From Gammaproteobacteria bacterium (GTDB taxonomy: Bacteria; Pseudomonadota; Gammaproteobacteria; JACCYU01): a DNA stretch of 64,000 bases. The notes beneath the pieces were generated by a model. That model was not told where the DNA came from and searched no databases. It worked only from the letters and a program-made list of their open reading frames with translations. A program made the position numbers and the translations under genes. The stretch covers positions 9,781-73,780 of the forward strand of contig JACCZW010000103.1 of the NCBI GenBank assembly GCA_013695765.1, given 5' to 3'. Of this stretch, positions 50,701 to 60,026 are shown piece by piece; positions within the stretch are counted from its first letter, which is position 1, and each line of letters starts with the position of its first letter.

Positions 50701-51510
50701 ATGCAATCCATTATCGGCCTGATCGCTATCGCGCTTTATCTGCTCGCGACCGCGGCGGCCGCCATGCATTTCCGCAACATCGCGCGCGCGCGCCCGTCCA
50801 GCAAGACGCCATTGCTCATCCTCTGGGGCGGCGCGGTGCTGCTGCACGGCATGACGGTTTATCTGCGGATCATGACGGCCAGCGGTCTCAATCTGGCGTT
50901 CTTCAATGCGCTGGCAATGGTGGCGTTGCTGGTCTCCGCCATCGTGTGGCTAACGGCCATCCGGCGTCCGGTGGAAAATCTGGCGTTCATCGTGCCGCCC
51001 ATCGCCGCGGTCTGTCTGGCGCTGGATCAGGCAATGCCGGATCACTTTGTCATCGCCGCACCGGCCGACAGCACCCTGCAGATTCATATCCTTATATCGC
51101 TGCTGGCCTACAGCCTGCTGAGCATCGCCGCGCTGCAGGCGATGGTGCTGGCCGTACAGGATCGGCGTATTCACAGCCGGCGTCCTGGCGGCCTGATCCG
51201 CATGCTGCCGCCGCTGCAATGGATGGAGCATCTGCTGTTTCAGCTCATCGGCGCCGGCTTCGTGCTGCTGACCCTGGCGCTAATCACGGGATTTGTGTTC
51301 CTGGAAGATATATTCGCGCAGCACCTGGTACACAAGACGATATTGTCCATCGTCGCCTGGATTCTGTTCGCCACCTTGCTGATCGGACGCTGGCGCTTTG
51401 GCTGGCGCGGACGCACCGCGATCGGCTGGACCCTGGGCGGTACCGTGGCGCTGATGCTGGCCTATTTCGGCAGCAAGCTGGTGCTGGAGTTGATCCTGCA
51501 TCGCGCTTGA
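50701..51510 (+). CDS. ypjD: Cytochrome c assembly-family inner membrane protein (YpjD/CcsA-like)
   Basis: A polytopic protein adjacent to ffh, as in enterobacteria. Confidence 0.7.
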   Translation: MQSIIGLIAIALYLLATAAAAMHFRNIARARPSSKTPLLILWGGAVLLHGMTVYLRIMTASGLNLAFFNALAMVALLVSAIVWLTAIRRPVENLAFIVPPIAAVCLALDQAMPDHFVIAAPADSTLQIHILISLLAYSLLSIAALQAMVLAVQDRRIHSRRPGGLIRMLPPLQWMEHLLFQLIGAGFVLLTLALITGFVFLEDIFAQHLVHKTILSIVAWILFATLLIGRWRFGWRGRTAIGWTLGGTVALMLAYFGSKLVLELILHRA

Positions 51511-51517
51511 GAATCTT

Positions 51518-52867
51518 GTGGCCGCGAAATCGAAAGTCAACTATCAGTGCGCCGCGTGCGGCGCGGTGCATAACAAATGGACAGGTCAATGCGCCGATTG
51601 CGGCGCCTGGAACACCTTGAGCGAGGTCGTCACCGCCGGCGCGACCGGCCCGCGTTTTAGCAGCTACGCCGGCGAAAGCGCCGTGCAAACTCTGGCTGAG
51701 GTCAATCTTACCGAACAACCACGCACGTTAACGGGGATTAGTGAGCTGGATCGCGTGCTGGGAGGCGGCGTGGTGCGCGGCTCGGTGGTGCTGATCGGCG
51801 GTGATCCCGGCATCGGCAAGTCCACACTTTTATTGCAGATGACCGGCGCGATGGGCGGCGCCGACGTGCTCTATGTCAGCGGCGAGGAATCCGCGCAGCA
51901 AACCAGTTTACGCGCGCGGCGGCTGGGCCTGGCTCACACCAACATGCTGCTGCTCACCGAAACCGGTGTGGAACGCATTCTCACCACCGCGGCGGCAAGG
52001 CGCCCGCAGGTTATGGTCATCGATTCCATCCAGACCCTTTACACCGACCAGTTGCAGTCCGCTTCCGGTTCCGTCTCGCAGGTGCGCGAATGCGCGGCGC
52101 AACTGGTGCGCTACGCCAAGCAGACCGATACCACCGTATTTCTGGTCGGCCACGTCACCAAGGAGGGCGCGCTCGCCGGCCCGCGCGTGCTGGAACACAT
52201 GGTCGACACGGTGCTGTACTTCGAGGGTAATCCTGGCGAGCGTTACCGCGTGCTGCGCGCTGTGAAAAACCGCTTCGGCGCGGTCAATGAACTCGGCGTG
52301 TTCGCGATGTCCGACCGAGGGCTCAAGGGCGTCGAGAATCCGTCCGCGATTTTTCTGTCGCGACACGAAGAACCGGTGCCCGGCAGCGTCATCATGGTCA
52401 CCCGCGAAGGCACACGTCCGATGCTCGTTGAGATTCAGGCGCTGGTGGACGAGAGTCACGTGGCCAATCCGCGCCGGGTGGCGGTGGGCCTGGACTACAA
52501 CCGGCTCGCCATGCTGCTGGCCGTGCTGCACCGGCACGGCGGCGTGGCCATGTACGACCAGGATGTGTTTGTCAACGCCGTCGGCGGCATGCGCATCAAC
52601 GAGACCGGCGCCGACCTTGCGGTGCTGCTGGCGGCACTTTCCAGCTTCCGTAACAAACCCCTACCGGCTGACCTGGTCGTATTCGGCGAAGTCGGCCTGG
52701 CCGGTGAGATCCGGCCAGTACCCAATGGTCAGGAACGTTTGAAGGAAGCCGCCAAACACGGCTTCAAGCGCGCGATTATTCCAAAAGATAATGTTGCCAA
52801 GAAGAGCGGTGGGGACATGCAGATTATTGGCGCGCGGCGGTTGAGCGAGGCGATCGACAAGATTTAG
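51518..52867 (+). CDS. radA: DNA repair protein RadA
   Basis: A zinc finger (CAACGAVHNKWTGQCADCGAWNT), a Walker A (GGDPGIGKSTLLLQ) and a C-terminal Lon-like domain are present. Confidence 0.95.
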   Translation: MAAKSKVNYQCAACGAVHNKWTGQCADCGAWNTLSEVVTAGATGPRFSSYAGESAVQTLAEVNLTEQPRTLTGISELDRVLGGGVVRGSVVLIGGDPGIGKSTLLLQMTGAMGGADVLYVSGEESAQQTSLRARRLGLAHTNMLLLTETGVERILTTAAARRPQVMVIDSIQTLYTDQLQSASGSVSQVRECAAQLVRYAKQTDTTVFLVGHVTKEGALAGPRVLEHMVDTVLYFEGNPGERYRVLRAVKNRFGAVNELGVFAMSDRGLKGVENPSAIFLSRHEEPVPGSVIMVTREGTRPMLVEIQALVDESHVANPRRVAVGLDYNRLAMLLAVLHRHGGVAMYDQDVFVNAVGGMRINETGADLAVLLAALSSFRNKPLPADLVVFGEVGLAGEIRPVPNGQERLKEAAKHGFKRAIIPKDNVAKKSGGDMQIIGARRLSEAIDKI

Positions 52868-53033
52868 GCGATATCGCTTCAATACTTCATAGCTCCCGCG
52901 ATCGCTTGACTAGTGGTCATTGTGCAATTTTAGGATGGCCGCATTTCTAGGCGGTTCGGCATCAGAATCACGTCGGCGAGGGATGACCCTCTCTTGGCGC
53001 ATCGGCACTAGAAAACCTCCGAGAAGAATTCTG

Positions 53034-54098
53034 CTATAGGATGCGCGCCGCCCCGAACAGCTCAGTGCTCCATGACGGAGAGCCAAAATGTTTCCGTGCC
53101 CGCACTGCACCGAAACCAGCATCTACTCGCGCGAGTTTCTTACATATATCTCCTAGTCGCTTCAGCTGCCCGCTGTCCATAGCAGGGCGGCGGCTTGCTC
53201 CAGAGGTGGTGTAGGCGTGCGGGGTCATCGTCCTCACCCGGTGCTTGTCCGCCTCAGTGGGCAATCGAAGATCACCAAGCGAAAATGGTGTCAGACATGC
53301 TACCGGGTCGGGTGTCAACAAGTTCTCCCATATCTGGCGGCAGTCGCCCGTAGAAGAACCATGATGGGCAACTTTATAGGCCGTAGCCGGTCTTCGCCCA
53401 CGCGACCAGTTGTCGGCTATCATTGCGGACCAGCCAGAGGTTTGATCCTCCTCAAGATCGGCGCCAAGGAGGATTGCGTCTTCACCGACATTTACGTGCA
53501 GGACCACCGATTCACGGTTGGGCCGAAGTTCTGGAATATGATTGATCGGCTTGGCCTTGCGCGGCAGGTACTGCGACATGTGCGCGAGTGACTGGGCAAA
53601 CGCCGCCGGCATCGGCGACAAGGCTGTGACCATTACAGGCCGATTGCTAAGGGTAGCTTCAAGCACAATCGACTTATGTAGCACCGGGGTTACGGCTTCC
53701 CGCGATTGAATAGCCGAGAACAGTTCCTTAGCACCTCGCGCCAGTCCAGCAGAAGAATTCCCACTGAAGGCAGCCAGAAACGCCCCAGCTTCTTTACTGT
53801 TAAACACTGCCGAGAGAAAGAACTCAGCATTGGGATGTTTGGTCGCGAGCTGTGAAATCCCTCGCACATGATCGTCGTGCCAATGGGAGGCGACGATTGC
53901 CCGTACCTGACTCGCATCGACGCCGATCTGGTCGAGATAAATTCCCGAGGCCGGAGCTCTGAATTCTGGGTCTATACACGAATCAACTAATAGCCAGGCG
54001 CCGCAGCCTAGATGTACTGCGATCGCCTCGCCGTAACCGGGACCGAACAGTGTTATTTCGATTTGATCGTCTGCCGGAGGTGCTCCGTAGTCGATCAT
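53034..54098 (-). CDS. MBL-fold metallo-hydrolase (third gene of the island operon)
   Basis: HWHDDHVRG is the HxHxDH motif; a downstream H (KVAHHGS) is also present. It overlaps the upstream gene by 4 bp. Local GC (~57%) is lower than the flanks. Confidence 0.6.
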   Translation of the reverse strand: MIDYGAPPADDQIEITLFGPGYGEAIAVHLGCGAWLLVDSCIDPEFRAPASGIYLDQIGVDASQVRAIVASHWHDDHVRGISQLATKHPNAEFFLSAVFNSKEAGAFLAAFSGNSSAGLARGAKELFSAIQSREAVTPVLHKSIVLEATLSNRPVMVTALSPMPAAFAQSLAHMSQYLPRKAKPINHIPELRPNRESVVLHVNVGEDAILLGADLEEDQTSGWSAMIADNWSRGRRPATAYKVAHHGSSTGDCRQIWENLLTPDPVACLTPFSLGDLRLPTEADKHRVRTMTPHAYTTSGASRRPAMDSGQLKRLGDICKKLARVDAGFGAVRARKHFGSPSWSTELFGAARIL

Positions 54099-54673
54099 GT
54101 TGCGGTTGGCGGCGTCTTCATCTTGGAAAGCAGCATGGCTGCATCATTCTCGATCTGCCTCAATTGACCCTCCGACCATGAGGGACGCCGGCGGAATCGG
54201 AGTTCTTGCGTATTTTCGATGCTGCCTCGCTTCGTGCGTTTCGAAAGTGTGAGATAAAATACCGCCCCGGGGCAAACAAGATCGTAGTCTTGGTCTGCAA
54301 CCCATTCGAGTTCGATCTCTCCCGTATGAATCGGTAACTTGCCAATCTTGGCATCCAGCAATACGTGCATTACGCCGCCGCTTTTACGATCGACATTGAG
54401 AACGGTTCCCTCCCAAATCTGCAGGGGCGTCGAGTCCGAGGTGAAGTCGCGCGATCCAGCCAAACTACTTGTCATGGGCGCGTCAAATCTCCGTCGCAGC
54501 GCCTCACGCTCACCGAACGCGGTGTTATTGGGCAATTTTGGCCGCACAGCCGACGTACCACCGATTGACCGAATGTCCGGCTTAATTTCTCTTCGCGCAC
54601 CCTGGCGTCGTGAAATAGGATCGCCAATGATAAAGGAACCCAAGTTTATCGGCGTATCAGTTGATAATATCAT
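54095..54673 (-). CDS. Hypothetical protein (second gene of the island operon)
   Basis: 192 aa with no recognisable motifs. It is translationally coupled to the MBL gene. Confidence 0.45.
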   Translation of the reverse strand: MILSTDTPINLGSFIIGDPISRRQGARREIKPDIRSIGGTSAVRPKLPNNTAFGEREALRRRFDAPMTSSLAGSRDFTSDSTPLQIWEGTVLNVDRKSGGVMHVLLDAKIGKLPIHTGEIELEWVADQDYDLVCPGAVFYLTLSKRTKRGSIENTQELRFRRRPSWSEGQLRQIENDAAMLLSKMKTPPTAT

Positions 54674-54691
54674 CTGAGATCTGCCTGAGAT

Positions 54692-55405
54692 CTAATTTCC
54701 AATAGCCATAGAAAGTATCCCATCGAACACCCGGACGGCGTCCGTCCAGGAATTTTCCCATTCCGTGTCAATAACGGTAGCCGCACGCTCTGCCGGACTC
54801 AAGTCGTTTGAACCGGCTACGGTGAAATCGTGGTGGTCGTTGTATGCTAGATACACTCCAAACTTGCCAAACTTGAACTTGTTTGATGGTTGAACCGTAA
54901 TGCGTTTCTCGTCGTTGGTTTTAACGGGCTCCCCGCGGGCCGCGTACTGAATCCGAACCGTAAGATCTGCAAGCCCATGCGACCGGTCAGGATATAAAGA
55001 CTTCCAAATGTCTTTTGGCGCAAGCACATCACCAACCTTATGGTACGTATCCTCACTGGGTAGCTTGAAGTGCCCCATGAAATTCAAGCCAACGGCAGTA
55101 ATTGGCGTATGTGGAACCATCTGAAATATCCCCGCAGCCAAGTCTTTGAGCGCCGGGGAGAGCGCGGCTTTGCTAGTCAGTGAAAACTGGTTCTCGAGTA
55201 TCTGCAACGCGAACCATTCTGTTTCAAAAGCCGCTACTTGGTGAGATATGAGCAGTGATTTACTTGGATCCTTTTCGCGCGCATTATCTGCGTCATCCTT
55301 GCCAATGAGACCATTTCTCTCTAACCAATCTGGCGAAAAGATCGCTGGGTTGAAGTCTCCAACGGCAACTATCGCGGAAGCAAAAATTTCAGCCGTGTAT
55401 GGCAC
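54692..55405 (-). CDS. Hypothetical protein (first gene of the island operon)
   Basis: 237 aa. GC is ~50%. No family could be assigned by eye. Confidence 0.45.
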   Translation of the reverse strand: MPYTAEIFASAIVAVGDFNPAIFSPDWLERNGLIGKDDADNAREKDPSKSLLISHQVAAFETEWFALQILENQFSLTSKAALSPALKDLAAGIFQMVPHTPITAVGLNFMGHFKLPSEDTYHKVGDVLAPKDIWKSLYPDRSHGLADLTVRIQYAARGEPVKTNDEKRITVQPSNKFKFGKFGVYLAYNDHHDFTVAGSNDLSPAERAATVIDTEWENSWTDAVRVFDGILSMAIGN

Positions 55406-56767
55406 GCTAGATCATTGATCGATGAATTTACGAACTAAAATGTTAGGGAAAGAAGACAGAAATATGCGGGTCAGTCGGTGATTGCAAAGCTCTTTTGACG
55501 CGTACGCACTGACAAACTCTAGAGATTCCCATTGAGGAACAAAAAATCAACCACGTCTTGGACTTGGCTTCGATCACCTTTTTAAAGCAGATCGACAACA
55601 GATGCTGGAGTTATCTGCATGTTCATGCATTGACAATGGTAAATCAATTCCTTCGTAAACAGACTATTGAGGATCAGACGAACCGCGCCACCAAGTCGAG
55701 CGATGCGACGATGCTACAGTCTTTGAAAATCTGAATGACGCAGGTGCGGAATTTAAGCGGTTTTGAGCGGATCGCACGTCAGCGGTGGGCAATGGCCGGC
55801 GCGACCACCGAGCCGGCAAACCTTACGTCGAAATGAAACGGCAATGTACTATGTTTGCGCTGGCTGGTACAAGTCCATGAACAGGTTGTGACGAGCGCAG
55901 CAGCGGCCAGCGCCGGCTGGTGGCTGTGGCTAGCAACGTCTCAAGTGTATCGAAAGTTACATATTCACCCAGTACTTACGGCTTCTTTAGGCGCGCTCGA
56001 AGCCACACAACCCCACCGCCAGCGATCCCACCTTGATCACGAATGTCCTCGTATCAAACCTACCGCGGCACGCACGTCCTCCTTGAAATTCTTCAATCAG
56101 TTGCACGATTTTTTTGTAGGCATCGATTAGAACCCCACCAGTCGCCCAAGCAACAAAGCCGTCGGCCAGCAGAGGAGTGACACGAGCGCCGTTCCGTGGG
56201 CCGCGATGGTGGTGCTGGCGCGACTCGGCGGAGCCGCGCCGCGATGGAAGCTGCGGCGGCGGAAAACCAGTGCATTCGCCACGGCAAGCGCTACGAGCAG
56301 CATCTTTGCCTGGAACAGACCGGATGCGGCATATTCCACCGCGCGCGATTAAATACAAAGCCGTCCGCAGTCACGGCAATCAACAGCCCCCTCCCGCGAC
56401 AGGGGTGAGAACGCGGGACAGCGACGCCGCGGGCGGCCTGCTGAAGATCAACAGCGCCGGCACGTGCCTCCTCGAAATCGACGACATCTCGCCCTATCTC
56501 GGAAAGCCCTGGTGGAAACTTGCCGGCGGATTCCCGCGCCAAGTACGGGCCGCTGTGGAGCGCGCTTTGCGCGGCGAGCTGGCGCACTTCGAGGACTATT
56601 GCCCGACGAGCAGGGTGTGCCCGCAAGCCCTGATGACGCTGCTGCCCACTGCATGTCGGACACGCTTTATAGAATCGCGGCGTCCTCAACGATCCCACCT
56701 GTACTCGCACCCCGCGCGCGTCGCATGCTAGGCTCCACGCTTATTTTCTAGTCAGGAGAAACGCAAA

Positions 56768-57316
56768 ATGAGCGAAAGAATCGTATTCCGATCCGGCGAG
56801 TCACTGGTTGGCGGCGGACCGCCGGGCACCGCGGCGGAACCTGAAGTTGTCATCGGCGAACTGGATGGGCCGGTGGGCACGGCGCTCGCCACGCTTATTG
56901 GCGATCAGGTCAAAGGCCACAGCCGCGTGTTCGCCATTTTGAATACGGACATCCAGGTTAGGCCCGTCACGTTATGCGTGAGCAAGGTAACGGTGACCAA
57001 CAGCAAATACACCAGCATCCTCATGGGCACCGTGCAGGCGGCCATCGCCAACGGCGTGCTGGATGCCGTGCGCACGGGCGACATCCCCAAAGATAAGGTC
57101 AACGATCTCGGCATCATCTGTTCGGTGTGGCTGAATCCATCCGTGACGGAGGACAAGAACCTGGATCACAAGGTGCTCTTCGACATCCACCGCAAAGCCA
57201 TGGCGCAGGCCATTCACAAGGCGATGCGCAACGAACCCGGCATCGACTGGCTGCTGGAAAACCAGGACAAGATCACCCACAAGTATTACCAGATGGGGCT
57301 CGACGGCAAGCTATAA
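56768..57316 (+). CDS. fae: Formaldehyde-activating enzyme family protein
   Basis: GESLVGGGPPG…IGELDGPVGTALATLIGDQVKGHSRVFAIL…ICSVWLNP aligns along its length with the Fae pattern (GEALVGDG…IGPRGSPAE…). Confidence 0.65.
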   Translation: MSERIVFRSGESLVGGGPPGTAAEPEVVIGELDGPVGTALATLIGDQVKGHSRVFAILNTDIQVRPVTLCVSKVTVTNSKYTSILMGTVQAAIANGVLDAVRTGDIPKDKVNDLGIICSVWLNPSVTEDKNLDHKVLFDIHRKAMAQAIHKAMRNEPGIDWLLENQDKITHKYYQMGLDGKL

Positions 57317-57431
57317 ACTGACCAGCCGGTCGCGCTCGTGGCCGGCTTTTTCCCGCGGCACTGGCCGCGTTAGTTGACCGAGGACTGAACGTGGCCAACA
57401 TCGATTCGGCATCAAGCGCCGCGCGTCTCGC

Positions 57432-57764
57432 ATGGAAATCCTGAAAATGCTCGGCCTGTTCATCCTCACTGCCATCGCGGAAATCGTCGGTTGTTACCTG
57501 CCCTATCTCTGGCTCCGGCAAGGCCGTTCCGCGTGGCTGCTGTTGCCGGCGTTTTTAAGCCTGGCCGTGTTCGCGTGGTTGCTCACCTTGCATCCGCAAG
57601 CGGCGGGCCGCGTTTACGCCGCCTACGGGGGCGTTTATATCGGCGTGGCGCTGGCCTGGCTGTGGGCCGTGGATGCCGTGCGCCCCACCTTCACGGACTG
57701 GCTCGGCGTGGGTGTCTGCTGGCTGGGCATGGCGATCATCATGTTCGGGCAGCGTTATGTTTAG
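57432..57764 (+). CDS. ynfA: YnfA/UPF0060-family membrane protein
   Basis: [23 protein letters not shown]. Confidence 0.8.
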   Translation: MEILKMLGLFILTAIAEIVGCYLPYLWLRQGRSAWLLLPAFLSLAVFAWLLTLHPQAAGRVYAAYGGVYIGVALAWLWAVDAVRPTFTDWLGVGVCWLGMAIIMFGQRYV

Positions 57765-57817
57765 CAATGCACGCGCGGTCGCGGCTTATGGGAGTTCAAT
57801 TTTGAACAACTCGTGAA

Positions 57818-58255
57818 ATGAAGAAATTTCTCCTCGTCCTCGCCATCGCAGCCGCGACCACTGTTGGCTTTCTCCAGAGCGGGGTGTTGCCGCAGTACGC
57901 AGCGGTCGCGCGCGAGTCAAACAGCGAGCAGGCGTTTGCCGACGCATTAGAAAATCGCAGTAGCGATTTACAGATCGAGGGCCGCGGCATCGTTGCCAGA
58001 ATACTCTCCGACGATCTCGACGGCAGCCGCCATCAGCGTTTCATCGTCGAGTTGGAATCGGGACAAACCTTGCTGGTGGCGCATAACATTGACGTAGCAC
58101 CTAAGGTCGATCAACTGCGCGAGGGCGACGACGTGATGTTCTATGGCGAGTACGAATGGACGCCGCAAGGCGGCGTCATCCATTGGACGCATGACGACCC
58201 GGACGGTGATCATCCCGATGGATGGATCAGGCATCGCGGGCGCACGTACAGATAA
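57818..58255 (+). CDS. DUF3465-domain protein (secreted)
   Basis: GIVARILSDDLDGSRHQRFIVELESGQTLLVAHNIDVAP…YGEYEWTPQGGVIHWTHDDP. Confidence 0.75.
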   Translation: MKKFLLVLAIAAATTVGFLQSGVLPQYAAVARESNSEQAFADALENRSSDLQIEGRGIVARILSDDLDGSRHQRFIVELESGQTLLVAHNIDVAPKVDQLREGDDVMFYGEYEWTPQGGVIHWTHDDPDGDHPDGWIRHRGRTYR

Positions 58256-58302
58256 CGCAGCACAACGCCCCACTCAGTCTTCGTTAAGCCGGGCACCTGC
58301 CT

Positions 58303-59202
58303 TTAGCCGCGCGCCTCAATGAAGACCCGCTTCACGTCCGGATACGCAGCCTTTATTTCCTTGTTGAGTTTCGCGGTGCTGGCCTCGACATCCGCCGCCG
58401 GGGTCTTATCCGCGAAATCCGCGCTCAGATTCACCAGAATAAATTCAGGCCCCATGTGCATTGTCAGTACCTCGTTGACCTGCCTGATGCCGGGTGCCTT
58501 GCCCGCCAGTTCGCGAATGCCATGCACCACGTCAAGATTGGCGCTCTCGCCGATCAGCAGTCCCTTGGTCTCGTAAGCGAGCCACGCGGCCGTGCCACCC
58601 AGGATCAGGCCGATGATGATCGTGGCGCCGCCGTCGAAATACGGGTTGCCTGTCAACTGCCCGATCAGAATGCCCATGAACGCGACGATCAGGCCCAGCA
58701 TCGCGGCGCTGTCTTCGAACAACACCACGAACAGAGTTGGGTCCTTGCCGCGGCGCACGGCTTCGAAGTAGCCCAGGTTGCCTCTCGCGTGGTTGAATTC
58801 CCTGAACGCGAAATACCACGCGAAGGCCTCGAAGATCATCGCCAGTCCCAGCACGATGTAATTGATCAGCGGGCTGCCCAGCGCGTGCGGGGCGATTATT
58901 GCGTGCACCCCTTCATAGATAGAAATGCCGGCCCCGACCGCGAAGATCATGATGGCGACCACGAAGCTCCAGAAGTAAATCTCCTTGCCGTGACCGAACG
59001 GATACAGGGCGCTGGCGGGCTTTTTGGACTGGCGCAGGCCGAAAAGTAGCAATCCCTGATTACCGGTGTCCACCACTGAATGTATCCCCTCCGCCAGCAT
59101 CGCCGAACTGCCGGTGATGCCCGCGGCGATGAATTTGGTTACCGCGATGCAGCCGTTGCCGATGAGGGCGGCAAAGATAACGGTCTTGGTTCCTGATGCC
59201 AT
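58303..59202 (-). CDS. Cation diffusion facilitator family transporter
   Basis: TM motifs HSVVDTGNQ and HALGSPLINY plus a C-terminal cytoplasmic domain. Confidence 0.85.
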   Translation of the reverse strand: MASGTKTVIFAALIGNGCIAVTKFIAAGITGSSAMLAEGIHSVVDTGNQGLLLFGLRQSKKPASALYPFGHGKEIYFWSFVVAIMIFAVGAGISIYEGVHAIIAPHALGSPLINYIVLGLAMIFEAFAWYFAFREFNHARGNLGYFEAVRRGKDPTLFVVLFEDSAAMLGLIVAFMGILIGQLTGNPYFDGGATIIIGLILGGTAAWLAYETKGLLIGESANLDVVHGIRELAGKAPGIRQVNEVLTMHMGPEFILVNLSADFADKTPAADVEASTAKLNKEIKAAYPDVKRVFIEARG

Positions 59203-59263
59203 ATCGAGCAGTTCCTGTGATTATTGTTGGGTCAAGCAAAAGCAGTGGCGCAGCTTAACGTCG

Positions 59264-59938
59264 CTATCGAACATCCATTTTGAGGATACTATCGGCAACC
59301 GCCCCAAGATCCGCGCCGACAATGTCGGGCCGCTCAGCGAGTGGATCGAGCACCATGCCCGGACGCGCGACGAAGGCGGCTCGGCAGCCGGCGCGCATGG
59401 CGCCGATTACATCCCAGGAGTGCGCCGCGACCAGCCGAACGTTGCTCGCGTCTACATCGAAAGCTCGCGCGGCCATAAGATAGGGCTCGGGCGCAGGTTT
59501 CAGGCGACGCACCGCATGCGCCGACAGTATCTGCTCGAAAAAATCGTAGAGTCCCGCGTGCTTTAACTGCGCTTGTGCGGTTTGCGCCGTTGAGTTGGTC
59601 AGCGCGCCCAGCCGCAAACCCTGGTCGCGCAAACGCGCAAGGGCGTCGGGCGCCTCCGCGTGTGGCGGGAGTGTGCGCATAGCGCCGAGAATGGCGGCAC
59701 GGGCGTCGTCGCTCAAGGAAAGCTGATGGCGTTGCGCGATCATTTCCAGTGCCGCACCGCCAATGCGGCCGAAGTCGCTGTATGCATCGGTGATGGTGGC
59801 GACCATCGCGGAACTGAGCGCCTGCGCGAACCACTCCTTGCGCACGTCAGCCACGCGCAAATATCGCTTGAAGCAGACATCGAGCCCGCGCAGATCCAGC
59901 AGCGTCTCGTTCACATCGAAAATTATCACGCGCGACAT
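59264..59938 (-). CDS. HAD-superfamily hydrolase (haloacid dehalogenase type II-like)
   Basis: IIFDVNETLLDL is HAD motif I. Confidence 0.75.
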   Translation of the reverse strand: MSRVIIFDVNETLLDLRGLDVCFKRYLRVADVRKEWFAQALSSAMVATITDAYSDFGRIGGAALEMIAQRHQLSLSDDARAAILGAMRTLPPHAEAPDALARLRDQGLRLGALTNSTAQTAQAQLKHAGLYDFFEQILSAHAVRRLKPAPEPYLMAARAFDVDASNVRLVAAHSWDVIGAMRAGCRAAFVARPGMVLDPLAERPDIVGADLGAVADSILKMDVR

Positions 59939-60026
59939 CGCATGATCCCATCTGAAGTTTTGCTATCCGGAGGCAAATCCCCTGCCAGCGCCGCAACCCG
60001 ACGGGCGCGACCCGAGACTTGCGAGC

